From: Acidobacteriota bacterium | Lineage (GTDB): Bacteria > Acidobacteriota > Blastocatellia > RBC074 | DNA: 64,000 nt | Direction of reading: 5' to 3' | Assembly: GCA_016196035.1 (NCBI GenBank) | Contig: JACPYM010000070.1 | Location: forward strand, 3,334 to 67,333 | Shown: one piece after another, positions 1 through 8,826 of the stretch | Layout of the letters: the number at the start of each line of letters is the position of its first letter | Numbering within the stretch: the stretch's first letter is position 1 | Program-made: the position numbers and the translations under genes | Notes under the pieces: generated by a model | Seen by the model: only the letters and a program-made list of their open reading frames with translations | Told to the model about the DNA's origin: nothing | The model's database searches: none

Positions 1-692
1 CCGAGCATGCGCATCTCGACGGCGCCGCCCGGTGGCAAGCCGATCATCCGTTCGATGTGCGGCCCGTCCAGTTTGTGAACGAAGTGGAGCGGGAAGCCCA
101 GCACGTCTTGGAAGAAGCGCGTCTCAGTCTCGGCGTCGGGCACGACGTGCACCAGGCTGGTGAACCCGGCGAACCCACGCGGCGTGAAGGGGAACGGACG
201 CCCGACCAGTTGCAGGATCGCGATATTCACTTCGTCGTGCGCGAACATGAGCAGTTCAAAAATCTCCAGCGTCGCGCCGTCCTCTTCGGCTTCGTAACGC
301 GCGGGGGTTGAACGAAAGCGGCACCCGGCTTGCGACAACTCTGCGTAGCGCAGCTTGATTTCATCGCAAACGAGGTCAATGTTCTTCGGCACCAGATCGG
401 TGGGCTGCGCGCCCGCGCGCACGGGTGGCAGCGGTTCAGCGAATTCGACCAGATGCAGCCGGCCAGTGGTAAACCCCGGCGTGCCGAGCAAGACTTGGGC
501 GCGAATGCGTTCCGGTTCCAGTTCCCATAATTGCGCCAAGCCGTGATCCGGGCCGTCACGTCGTTGCAGGAGTTCAAATCCAAAGGTCTCAACCCAAAGT
601 TCCAAGGCCACATTCAAATCACGCACCCCAACCACCAAGTGGGCCAGTGCATCTTCATAAATGATCCCACCACCAAGCGTCGGCAAAGACAT
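1..692 (-). CDS. VOC family (glyoxalase/bleomycin-resistance/dioxygenase-like) protein, two-domain. The C-terminus runs off the window start.
   Basis: Hand translation of the minus strand from ATG at 692: MSLPTLGGGIIYEDALAHLVVGVRDLNVALELWVETFGFELLQRR...RFFQDVLGFPLHFVHKLDGP... This shows two betaalphabetabetabeta VOC modules. The rc-ATG at 690-692 is preceded by GGAGCC. The ORF is absent from the supplied track because it is truncated by the window edge. Confidence 0.6.
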   Translation of the reverse strand, partial: MSLPTLGGGIIYEDALAHLVVGVRDLNVALELWVETFGFELLQRRDGPDHGLAQLWELEPERIRAQVLLGTPGFTTGRLHLVEFAEPLPPVRAGAQPTDLVPKNIDLVCDEIKLRYAELSQAGCRFRSTPARYEAEEDGATLEIFELLMFAHDEVNIAILQLVGRPFPFTPRGFAGFTSLVHVVPDAETETRFFQDVLGFPLHFVHKLDGPHIERMIGLPPGGAVEMRML

Positions 693-868
693 GTCGTAGA
701 GGCTCCTTTATTGGCAATTTTATGGCGCACAGATGTCTGGCAGCGTGCGTGGGCCTACCTCCCGCGCCAGACTACGGCTGTTCATCCTGCGCTACTTGTG
801 TCGGTCGCAATCGTGTGTGGTGTGCAGCGCGTGACAACAACGCGCTGGGGCAAATCGCGATACTCGTT

Positions 869-1333
869 TCAATACCAGACATCGGGCGGTTCGTCTATAC
901 GGCGCTCGACAATCACTGTAATTTTTACGAGTTCGCCTTGGTCGAAGCTTTGCCAGAGGCGGGATTTGCGGGTGGGACTGCTCAAGACAATCGTTTCGAC
1001 GACACGCTGGCCGGGCCGGTTTTTCCAGTGATAGGGAAAGACAAAGATGTCGTCGCTGACGATAAAAGTCTGGCCGAAAAAGTCAGGGTCATCAAACAGC
1101 ATGCGCTCGCCTGTGGCGTCGAAACCGGCGCGAAAATCCAGCCGCTGTTCCCTGCCTGCTGCTCCCTTCTGCGCGGGCCAGCGATAGATGACGCGCTCGT
1201 ACCAGTGGTTTCCTTCCAGCCGTGTTTCCTGCCGCGAAGCGTAATGATCCAGTACTGTGCCATCCGGCTTCAGATGCGTATACGTGCCTTCCCAAACGCC
1301 GGTGACTTGGGCGAGCCGTTCTTTTAAGGTCAT
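869..1333 (-). CDS. Hypothetical protein, 154 aa, no signal peptide
   Basis: Clean ATG (rc of cat at 1331-1333) with codon usage matching its neighbours. I do not confidently recognise a family. Confidence 0.45.
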   Translation of the reverse strand: MTLKERLAQVTGVWEGTYTHLKPDGTVLDHYASRQETRLEGNHWYERVIYRWPAQKGAAGREQRLDFRAGFDATGERMLFDDPDFFGQTFIVSDDIFVFPYHWKNRPGQRVVETIVLSSPTRKSRLWQSFDQGELVKITVIVERRIDEPPDVWY

Positions 1334-1346
1334 AGATTTTCTGGAA

Positions 1347-1388
1347 AGTAGTCAGTAGTCAGTAGTCAGTAGTCAGTAGTCAGTAGTC
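1347..1388. repeat. Tandem heptamer array (AGTAGTC) x6
   Basis: Read directly at 1347-1388. It is the inverted partner of the array at 1583-1610. Confidence 0.9.
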
Positions 1389-1440
1389 AGCATACTTGCT
1401 CCATTTTGAACGTTGATACTAGACCTTATCGGGATTAAGC

Positions 1441-1572
1441 AATGAACGGACCACGGGGAACACGGGGCGCACGGGGAAATCAAGAAAAATACCTGTGGAG
1501 GCAGAGTTTCAGTCTACTGCCCTGGTTTGTGCTTTCCCCTCTTCCCCAGTGTTCCCCGTGGTTCAATCCTAT
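1441..1572. repeat. Copy 1 of a ~120-bp structured intergenic repeat with a long-hairpin core (ccacggggaacac...gtgttccccgtgg)
   Basis: Shares the ordered motifs aatgaac, ccacgg(g/t)gg, ggaaatcaa, cagtct, gctttcccc and gtgttccccgtggtt with 49958-50072. The internal arms are ~13-bp inverted repeats. Confidence 0.6.
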
Positions 1573-1582
1573 TCCCGATACC

Positions 1583-1610
1583 GACTACTGACTACTGACT
1601 ACTGACTACT
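1583..1610. repeat. Tandem heptamer array (GACTACT) x4, reverse complement of the 1347-1388 array
   Basis: Read directly. The TAG stop of the minus-strand gene ending at 1606 is supplied by the repeat unit. Confidence 0.9.
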
Positions 1611-2271
1611 TCAACTCCTTGATCCGAATGTTGCGGAATTCGACCAGCGAGCCGTGGCCGAGGAAGCCGACGTGACCGGCTTTGCGCTTCAGGCCCGGAT
1701 GTTTTTTGAGCACGGCTTCTTCCTGCACTATATTCAAATCGGCATCGAGAATGATCACGCCATTGAGTTTGACGCGAATTTTGGAGTCGTTGGCGGTGAT
1801 CTCCTCGTCGTTCCATTCACCCGCCGGTTTGAGAAAGCCGGTGCGCGCCGGAATCACATCGTAAACCGAGCCGTGATGCTGTTCGGATTTGATCTTGCCT
1901 TTATATTTCTCATGGCCGTCATCAAGAATCTGAATCTCCATCCCTTGATAAGCAGCATCGCCTTCAAACGGCGCGCGTATGCCAACGCCATTATTGCCGC
2001 CGGGTTCGGTCTTGAATTCAAAGCGGAAGACAAAATTGGCGTACTCTTTTTCGGTGTAAAGATTGCCCCCACCATCAAGTGGACAGACCAATATGTCGTC
2101 TTTAATCACATAACCTGGCCCGTGGCCCTTGACCAGTGTCCAGCCCGTCAGGCTATTGCCGTCAAATAGCGTAGTAAAGCCTGCGTCAGCTTTGGCAGCA
2201 GACTGGGCCAGCACGCTGGAGCCGCAGCCGCCAACCAACACAACAAGCAACAAAACCAAACGTAGTTTCAT
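1606..2271 (-). CDS. Secreted/lipoprotein DUF1080 (3-keto-disaccharide hydrolase-like, PF06439) domain protein
   Basis: The N-terminus is a signal peptide plus Cys ([18 protein letters not shown]). The [10 protein letters not shown]...GIRAP...GMEIQILDD pattern is typical of this family. ATG at 2271 has an AAGGA-like RBS. Confidence 0.7.
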   Translation of the reverse strand: MKLRLVLLLVVLVGGCGSSVLAQSAAKADAGFTTLFDGNSLTGWTLVKGHGPGYVIKDDILVCPLDGGGNLYTEKEYANFVFRFEFKTEPGGNNGVGIRAPFEGDAAYQGMEIQILDDGHEKYKGKIKSEQHHGSVYDVIPARTGFLKPAGEWNDEEITANDSKIRVKLNGVIILDADLNIVQEEAVLKKHPGLKRKAGHVGFLGHGSLVEFRNIRIKELK

Positions 2272-2728
2272 ATTTCTTTTATCCTTGAGCTTGAACTTTC
2301 ATCCTGAATTCCGCCGCGTCTAAAACTGCCGATTCGCCACCAGATTTTTGTTTGACCAAGGCAGCTTGGGGGCGTAGACTGCGTGCCATTCGGTTAGCTT
2401 TGCAGCAGTAAGTTTGCAGCAGCAAGTTAGATACGACCTAAATAAATCAGCGAGCAATCAAGCAGCACCAAGTTGAGACAGTCAATGCGTTCGCAAAGAC
2501 TAGCAATAACAAATCAAACCAGGGATTGAAAACTGTAGTGGCTGACACGGGCAACCGGGGCAGCCGAACAACTCCTTCTTGCTCAATCCACGTCTACCGC
2601 TCGCTCTGCGGGGCGTAGGCCTGATTGAATCGCAAGCAAACAATGACAATGCTTAGGTCGGAATGGCCGCATCTTAACAAAGAGTGGTCAAACCAACCAG
2701 GTTAACCCAGAAAAAGGAGATCACCACA

Positions 2729-5700
2729 ATGCGACCCTTTCTGACTAGATTGGTATTGGCGGCGTTTTTAGCGCTAGGTTCTCTAGCCGGCGCGGCCAAT
2801 GCGCAAGCGCTTTACGGCAGTATCGTAGGGAACGTAACGGACCCGCAAGGCGCGGCCCTGCCAGGCGTGGCGGTTACGATCACGAACATCGGCACTGGCC
2901 TAAAAGTGGAAACCACCACTGACGAAACCGGCAGCTATATCTTCCGCAACCTGCCCACTGGCATCTACAACATGACCTTGTCGGGCAAAGGTTTTAAGCA
3001 GTTGCAGCAGTCCGACATCAGCGTCACGGCGGGCAACCCGAAGCGGTTGGACGTGGCGCTGCAAATCGGCACGACGCAGGAAACGGTGACGGTCGAGGCC
3101 GACGCCGCGACGTTGAAGACCGAGAAGTCCGACCTCAATACGGAACTCAATTCCGTGCAGGTGACCTCGCTGCCGCTGAACCAGTATCGCAACTATCAAA
3201 CGCTGATCAATCTGGTGCCGGGCGCGACGCCGGTGCAGTTCCAGAATGCCGAGATTGACACGCCGGGCCGCAGCTTGCGCACCTGGGTCAACGGCACCCA
3301 GCCCAACAGCAACACCACCCGCGTGGATGGCGCGGTGTCGGTCAACGTCTGGCTGCCGCACCACGCGGGTTACATCCAACCGGCGGAAACCGTCGAGACG
3401 GTCAACATCGCCACCAACAGCTTCGATGCCGACACCGGCATGGCCGCTGGCGCGGCGCAGACCGTGGTGACCAAATCCGGCACCAACGATTTTCACGGCA
3501 CCGCCTTCGAGTTCTTCAACGGCGACAACCTGAACGCCAACAGCTTCTTCAACAATGCGGGCGGACTGGTGCGGCCCCCGCAAAATCGCAACACCTACGG
3601 CGGCACGCTCGGCGGGCGCATCATCAAGGACAAACTGTTCTTCTTCGGCTCTTACGAGAACTTCCGCGACCGGCGCGGCAGGATCGAAACTTACGGCGTG
3701 CCGACCGACAAAATGCGCAACGGCGACTTCAGCGAAGTCGCGGCGCTCTATCCCACTTTCAGGCTTTACAACCCAGCCACTGGGAACGCCACGACGGGTG
3801 CGGGGCGCGACACGTTCGCCAACTTCGCGATTCCCGCCGCGCAGATCAGTTCGATTGCTAAGGCGATCATGAATTACTATCCCAAGGCCAATTCGACCAA
3901 AGACCTGAACGGCAACCTGCTGATCGGCGACGACTATTCGCAGTTGCGCACGGTCAAGGTGGATCGCGCCAATTATGACGGCAAGCTCACCTGGCAGCGC
4001 ACCAAGGAACACTCGATTTGGGGCAAGTTCTCCACGCTGCGGGCCAACGTGGTGGACAATTTCAATCTTGGCTTCGACCAGGGCAGCCTGGGCGACACGA
4101 AGGTCTATGTCGTCAGTATCGGCCACACCTGGACGCTCAGCCCAACGTTGCTGCTGGACGGCAACTTTGGCTACAACCGCCAGAATCAAGTCGTGACTGG
4201 GCCGGACTTCGGTAAGAATCTCGGTCTCGATCTCGGCATTCCCGGTGTGAACGATGCCAAGGACATCCGCGCCAGCGGCCTGCCCCAATTCGCCAACGGC
4301 TACACCATTGGCACGACGCCAAACTGGATGCCGCTATACCGCAAGGAACTCAATTACAGTTTCAGCAGCGCGATCACCAAAGTCTTCGCCAAGCACGAAG
4401 TGCGCGCGGGTGTGGATATCATCAAGCTGGAACTGAATCATCGCCAGGCTGAATTCGGTGACTACGGTTTGAAAGGCGGCTTCAGCTTTAGTTCGACCGT
4501 CACTGGCACGACCAATTACATCGCGCCGGGCGGTGGCACCTGGAATTCATTCGCGGGCTTCCTGCTGGGTCTGCCGAGCTTCTTCTCGAAAGACGTGCAG
4601 ACCGAAGATCAAACCGGCCGTGAGTGGCAGAATGCGCTTTACGTGCGCGACCGCTGGCGCGTCACGCCGAATCTGACCATCAACCTGGGCCTGCGGCTCG
4701 AAAACTATCCGCTGATGAAGCGCGCCAACAGCGGCGTCGAACGGCTCGACTACAGCACCTACACCGTGCTGCTGGGCGGGCGCGGCAGCGTGCCGGAAGA
4801 CGCCGGCCTCAAATTGCAGAAATGGTATCTCGCGCCGCGTTTCGGCGTGGCCTATCGTCTCGGCGACAAGCAGGTGATTCGCGCCGGCTATGGCCGCACG
4901 ATCAATCCGCTGCCCTGGTCGCGTCCGCTGCGCGGCTCATTCCCCTATGACATTACGTTCAACCGTACTGCCGATCAGTTCCTCTCCACGACCACGCTGG
5001 CGACTGGCATCCCGGCAGTGCCGGTGCCGGATTTCAGTTCCGGCAGTGTCAAACTGCCGCTGGGCGTTTTCATGCGTTCGCCGAACTTTAACCAAGAGTT
5101 CTTCCCTGGTTCCGGCAAGGGTCTCGACCGCGCGGTCATCCAGCAGTACAACTTCACCTACGAACGCAAACTACCGTGGGACATCATCACGGAAATCGCC
5201 TACGTCGGCACGCGCACAGACGGCGGTTACGCCGACTTGAACATCAACTACGGCGAACCGGGCGGCGGCAATGCCTCGCGCAAATACTTCGCCGTAGCCG
5301 GCACCACCACCATCAGCGATTGGGGCGCCCGCACCCGCGCGCGCTACAACTCGCTGCAAGTGGCGATCAACCGGCCCTTCCAGAAAGGCTTGTTGTTGAA
5401 AGGCGCTTACACGCTGAGCAAAGCCAAAGACATGGCCGACGAGGACGGCTGGGTCGGGCTGACCTGGAATTCCCCGCTGAAGTTCCAAGACAACTTCGCG
5501 CTGGGCGGCTTTGACCGGACGCACGTCTTCCAGATGGGCTTTGTCTACGAACTGCCCTTCCTGAAAGATCGCAGCCACCTGATGGGCAAAGTGCTTGGCG
5601 GTTGGCAGGTCAACGGCATTTACGCGCATTTCTCCGGCACGCCGTATTCCATCGGCGGCACGAACAATGCGCTGAACTGCCAGGGCTGCGGCTCCGTGTT

Positions 5701-6088
5701 CATCAACTTCAGTGGCGATCCGAAGCCCATCGGCAAGGTGGGCACGAGCACCACTGACACTTATTACGACAAAGCCCTCTTCTCGCAGCCGACGGGCACG
5801 GATAAAGCAGGTTTCGGCACGTCACTGCGCAACCACTTCCGCCGTCCGCGCGTGTGGAACCAGGACCTCTCCTTGTTCAAACAATTCCGCATCAAGGAGC
5901 GGTTCCAACCCGAGTTCCGTCTCGAAGCGCTCAACGTGTTCAACCACGTGAACTGGGGCTCGCCGGTGACGACCTTCACGGCAGCCAACTTCCTGCAATT
6001 CACGCCGAGCAGTTCCGACAGCGGCGGCGGCACCAGCAACACGCCCGGCCCACGACGCGTGCAGATTGGCGTGCGCGTGCAGTTCTAG
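2729..6088 (+). CDS. TonB-dependent receptor with an N-terminal carboxypeptidase-regulatory-like domain (Acidobacteria-type outer-membrane receptor)
   Basis: The signal peptide is MRPFLTRLVLAAFLALGSLAGAANAQA. It is followed by LYGSIVGNVTDPQGAALPGVAVTITNIGTGLKVETTTDETGSYIFRNLPTGIYNMTL (CarboxypepD_reg), and the ORF ends in F. An AGGAGA RBS sits before ATG 2729. The track ORF starts earlier at an unlikely upstream start. Confidence 0.85.
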   Translation: MRPFLTRLVLAAFLALGSLAGAANAQALYGSIVGNVTDPQGAALPGVAVTITNIGTGLKVETTTDETGSYIFRNLPTGIYNMTLSGKGFKQLQQSDISVTAGNPKRLDVALQIGTTQETVTVEADAATLKTEKSDLNTELNSVQVTSLPLNQYRNYQTLINLVPGATPVQFQNAEIDTPGRSLRTWVNGTQPNSNTTRVDGAVSVNVWLPHHAGYIQPAETVETVNIATNSFDADTGMAAGAAQTVVTKSGTNDFHGTAFEFFNGDNLNANSFFNNAGGLVRPPQNRNTYGGTLGGRIIKDKLFFFGSYENFRDRRGRIETYGVPTDKMRNGDFSEVAALYPTFRLYNPATGNATTGAGRDTFANFAIPAAQISSIAKAIMNYYPKANSTKDLNGNLLIGDDYSQLRTVKVDRANYDGKLTWQRTKEHSIWGKFSTLRANVVDNFNLGFDQGSLGDTKVYVVSIGHTWTLSPTLLLDGNFGYNRQNQVVTGPDFGKNLGLDLGIPGVNDAKDIRASGLPQFANGYTIGTTPNWMPLYRKELNYSFSSAITKVFAKHEVRAGVDIIKLELNHRQAEFGDYGLKGGFSFSSTVTGTTNYIAPGGGTWNSFAGFLLGLPSFFSKDVQTEDQTGREWQNALYVRDRWRVTPNLTINLGLRLENYPLMKRANSGVERLDYSTYTVLLGGRGSVPEDAGLKLQKWYLAPRFGVAYRLGDKQVIRAGYGRTINPLPWSRPLRGSFPYDITFNRTADQFLSTTTLATGIPAVPVPDFSSGSVKLPLGVFMRSPNFNQEFFPGSGKGLDRAVIQQYNFTYERKLPWDIITEIAYVGTRTDGGYADLNINYGEPGGGNASRKYFAVAGTTTISDWGARTRARYNSLQVAINRPFQKGLLLKGAYTLSKAKDMADEDGWVGLTWNSPLKFQDNFALGGFDRTHVFQMGFVYELPFLKDRSHLMGKVLGGWQVNGIYAHFSGTPYSIGGTNNALNCQGCGSVFINFSGDPKPIGKVGTSTTDTYYDKALFSQPTGTDKAGFGTSLRNHFRRPRVWNQDLSLFKQFRIKERFQPEFRLEALNVFNHVNWGSPVTTFTAANFLQFTPSSSDSGGGTSNTPGPRRVQIGVRVQF

Positions 6089-6121
6089 CCGTGTAGCGCC
6101 GCAGTTAAAGCTGTTATGACA

Positions 6122-6166
6122 AAGCGGGCGTCAGAGCTTTTGCTCTGACGCCCGCTATTTTTTGCG
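6122..6166 (+). terminator. Rho-independent terminator
   Basis: agcgggcgtcagagc-ttttgc-gctctgacgcccgct followed by attttttg, 34 nt after the receptor stop codon. Confidence 0.75.
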
Positions 6167-6213
6167 ATGAGGTAGGCAACGATGATGGCATTGCACAGGA
6201 TTAACGGAATTTT

Positions 6214-6430
6214 CCTAGTTCCAACGGATTTTGTGGTTTGGTGTTTTCCAGCGCCAGCGGCGCAAAATGTTTATAGCAACCAGCCAAAGCTAGGCGCTGA
6301 GCTCCGTTAGGAGCGCCATCTGAGCGCCGGCAGATACCGCCCCGCTGGGGCGCGCGTGTTCTTTTCGCACTCCCACTATAAACATTTCGCCCCGCCGGGG
6401 CTGTCACCACAAAATCCGCTGTGATCAGGG
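6214..6430. repeat. Copy A of a ~200-bp palindromic MITE-like element with TIRs ggattttgtggt/accacaaaatcc
   Basis: It is near-identical to the reverse complement of 22094-22307, including ~10 nt of flanking sequence. It has nested internal inverted repeats (ggcgcaaaatgtttatag / ctataaacatttcgcc). The small ORFs inside it (6201..6410, 22099..22290) share a peptide only because of the repeat. Confidence 0.65.
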
Positions 6431-6518
6431 ATTTTCAGGATTCACAGAACGTAGATAAATGATCCCGTCAATCCCGAAAATCCCGTCAATCCTGTGGAGT
6501 GTTTTTATAGCGCGCTTC

Positions 6519-7838
6519 TTACTGCCTGGGTTGTTTGCGTTGCGCCTTGAGTCGCTCGGCCTGTTCAAAGGCCGCCTGTGCCGCCGCCGCTTGCCCCTGC
6601 TTTTGCCGGGTCAGGCCCAATTGGTAATACGCCTCGGCCTCATCCGGGTTGAGTTTGAGGGCCGTGTGCAGCGCCTCGACGGCTTCCTCAAGTTTATTCT
6701 GTTGCAACAGCACCTGCCCGCGCGTGACGTGCGCCTCGGCGAATTCGGGTTGCAGCTTCAAACAGGTTGCGAGCGCGGCCAGCGCCTTGTCCAATTCATT
6801 GCGGCGTTGGTAGGCCAGCGCTAGATGGAAATGCGCTTCGGGCATGTCCGGTTCCAACTCAACCAGCTTTTGCAAGGTCGCCGCCGCCGCCGCCGTGTCG
6901 CCCTTTTGCATCTGCGCGACGCCCAGGTTGAGTCGCGCGCTATCGTGGTTGGCATTCAGCCGCAAGACTGCCTGAAATTCGCGCAGGGCTTCGTCGTAGC
7001 GCTGTGCTTGCAGCAACGCCAGGCCCAAATCGTGGCGCGTCTCCAACGCCTGCGGCGCCAGTTTCAGGGCCTGTTGCAAGACCTCGACCGCTGCGTTCAA
7101 TTCCCCGGCTTCGCGCAATGCCAGGCCCAGGCCGGTCAACGCCTCCAGCCATTGCGGTTTGAGTTTGACCGCCGCGCGCAAGGCCGCCACCGCGCCCGTC
7201 CAATCCTTCAACAACGCCTTGCCCGTGCCCAAATAGTAATAGGCCTCGGTCAGATCGGGTTTCAATTTGACGGCGGCCTCGAATTCGGCCAGCGAACCGG
7301 GCAGATCGCCCAACTGGCTCAGCACAAACGCCAGGTTGCTGCGAATCTCAGCCGAGTCGGGTTTGAGTTGTTCGGCAAAGCGCAATTCACCGGCGGCCGC
7401 TTCCAGGTTTTGCTGCCGCATGAAGATCGAGCCGAGCGCAACGTGCAACTCCGCCTCTTTTGGATTGAGTTCCGCCGCCGCTTTGTAGACCGCCAGCGCG
7501 CCGTTCAAGTCGCCCTGCTGTTCCAGCGCGTTGCCCAGGTTGGTGTGGGCTTCCGGGTACGCGGGGTTGAGCCGCAGCGCTGCCTGAAATTCCGCGACAG
7601 CCGCTTTCCAATCACCACTCTTTCCCAACGCCAGCCCCAGCGCGTTATGCGCTTCGGCGCTGTTCGGATTGGCGCGCACAGCGGCGCGCAGCTTGGGCAA
7701 TTCGCTGGCGGGCGCGGCCTTGGCGGTCGGCGGCGGGGCGGGTTTCACTACAGGACGTTTCCTGCGCTGTCCGGCGACTGCCAATGGCGCGCTTAAACAT
7801 AAGAAAAGGGCAAATGAAACGATGCGAATGGAATGCAT
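6519..7838 (-). CDS. Secreted tetratricopeptide-repeat (TPR) protein
   Basis: About 11 consecutive TPR units of the form A.A...LG.AL...G....A...F..AL.L.P..AEAH.NLG. The N-terminal signal is MHSIRIVSFALFLCLSAPLAVAG. I prefer ATG at 7838 (the palindromic atgcat) over the GTG at 7877 reported by the track. Confidence 0.8.
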   Translation of the reverse strand: MHSIRIVSFALFLCLSAPLAVAGQRRKRPVVKPAPPPTAKAAPASELPKLRAAVRANPNSAEAHNALGLALGKSGDWKAAVAEFQAALRLNPAYPEAHTNLGNALEQQGDLNGALAVYKAAAELNPKEAELHVALGSIFMRQQNLEAAAGELRFAEQLKPDSAEIRSNLAFVLSQLGDLPGSLAEFEAAVKLKPDLTEAYYYLGTGKALLKDWTGAVAALRAAVKLKPQWLEALTGLGLALREAGELNAAVEVLQQALKLAPQALETRHDLGLALLQAQRYDEALREFQAVLRLNANHDSARLNLGVAQMQKGDTAAAAATLQKLVELEPDMPEAHFHLALAYQRRNELDKALAALATCLKLQPEFAEAHVTRGQVLLQQNKLEEAVEALHTALKLNPDEAEAYYQLGLTRQKQGQAAAAQAAFEQAERLKAQRKQPRQ

Positions 7839-8148
7839 TTGATGAACTTCTCCAATTCGTTTACGGCAGGTATGCACCGGCGAAACATTAGACTTGTGGC
7901 GGTGGAAAACATCGAGAAATTTGCGTTCTGGCGCTCACTGCCAACTGACCAACCGTCATTCTCTATTCTGCCTTCTCCATTCCCGGGCAGCGGTAAGCCT
8001 CAATCAAGACGGCCTCTGCAAAGGAATGGAGAATACAGAATAGAGAATGGCGGTCGCCCGCCGGGTTTCAGCGTCCCGGTCGCCAATTTGCTTACGCTGT
8101 TGTTTCCACAGGTCGCAACAACTTTACTGACGAGCCAGACTTGCGCGC

Positions 8149-8670
8149 CTACAAAGGACAACGCGCCTTGGGGTCAGCCTCAAGCTCGAATTTGCACGCC
8201 GTGGCCCGCAGCAATTTCAGCCGCTGGCCATCCCAGTGGTAATAGTACCGGCCACTGCCCCGGCCATTGCGTGTGCCCGCCACGATCAACAACCGGCTGT
8301 CCAAACGGAATTGCAAAACATCTTCATCCTGGTCGGCGACGACATAAACACGTTTGAGCGTGGAAGGCAGATACAACCGGCCCGTGCGCGCTTCGACAAG
8401 CGCAAACGAAACGCAATTCGGGCCGCAACTCCACCTGGCCAGCGTGTAATGCCCGGCGAAGTTCGGCCCGGCGCTCACAGCGTCACGAATGGCGCTGCGA
8501 TAAAGCCGGGCACGCGGCTGCGGCAGTTGCGGCGCGGCGGGCTGCCCGGTGAAGTGCGCGCGCACCGGATATGTTTCAAAGCGGGGAAAGTTTTTGGACT
8601 GCGCCAGCGCGCTTACAGCACAGGCGAGCAGCCCCGCGAACAGCCGGATTGTTTTGGTTTGCGGTGGCAT
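8149..8670 (-). CDS. Secreted hypothetical protein, 173 aa, 4 Cys
   Basis: Signal peptide MPPQTKTIRLFAGLLACAVSALAQS. It lies in a coding-dense minus-strand context. I do not recognise a family. Confidence 0.45.
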   Translation of the reverse strand: MPPQTKTIRLFAGLLACAVSALAQSKNFPRFETYPVRAHFTGQPAAPQLPQPRARLYRSAIRDAVSAGPNFAGHYTLARWSCGPNCVSFALVEARTGRLYLPSTLKRVYVVADQDEDVLQFRLDSRLLIVAGTRNGRGSGRYYYHWDGQRLKLLRATACKFELEADPKARCPL

Positions 8671-8713
8671 TTGTTTTTCACTTCGGTGGCTGGCAAAAAG
8701 TCAACGCAGGGGG

Positions 8714-8803
8714 ACGGTACCGCGCGCGTCAGCAAGCGGAGGCTTGGCCGTTGCACCAGTCCGCCAGACTTGACGCGCCGCTTGCTGACGCGCGCGGTAC
8801 CGT
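8714..8803. repeat. Long hairpin with perfect 26-bp arms (acggtaccgcgcgcgtcagcaagcgg ... ccgcttgctgacgcgcgcggtaccgt) and a ~38-nt loop
   Basis: Read directly. It lies between the stop of the coiled-coil gene (8827) and the start of the 8149..8670 gene (8670). It may act as a terminator on the minus strand. Confidence 0.8.
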
Positions 8804-8826
8804 TCTGCGGATCGAACCGTCGTCTG

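Noticed and set aside
1347-1610. Possible CRISPR array (short tandem repeats)
   Set aside because: The units are 7 bp with no spacers, and no cas genes are nearby. These are simple tandem repeats, not CRISPR. The same reasoning applies to the 18-bp triplicate at 12667-12720.
2900-4288. 462-aa minus-strand ORF inside the TonB-dependent receptor gene
   Set aside because: It is an antisense shadow ORF with an Arg/Ala/Gly-rich low-complexity translation. The plus-strand receptor has clear family features.
6201-6410. 69-aa ORF, also 22099..22290 and the end of 21621..22232, sharing the peptide VTAPAGRNVYS.SAKR
   Set aside because: The shared peptide arises only because all three lie inside copies of the same palindromic repeat. 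There is no start context, so they are most likely non-coding.
6825-7796. 323-aa plus-strand ORF
   Set aside because: It is antisense to the TPR gene and its translation is low-complexity and Arg-rich.
7833-8357. 174-aa plus-strand ORF
   Set aside because: It overlaps the start region of the TPR gene and the minus-strand secreted-protein gene. It has no RBS and its composition is atypical.
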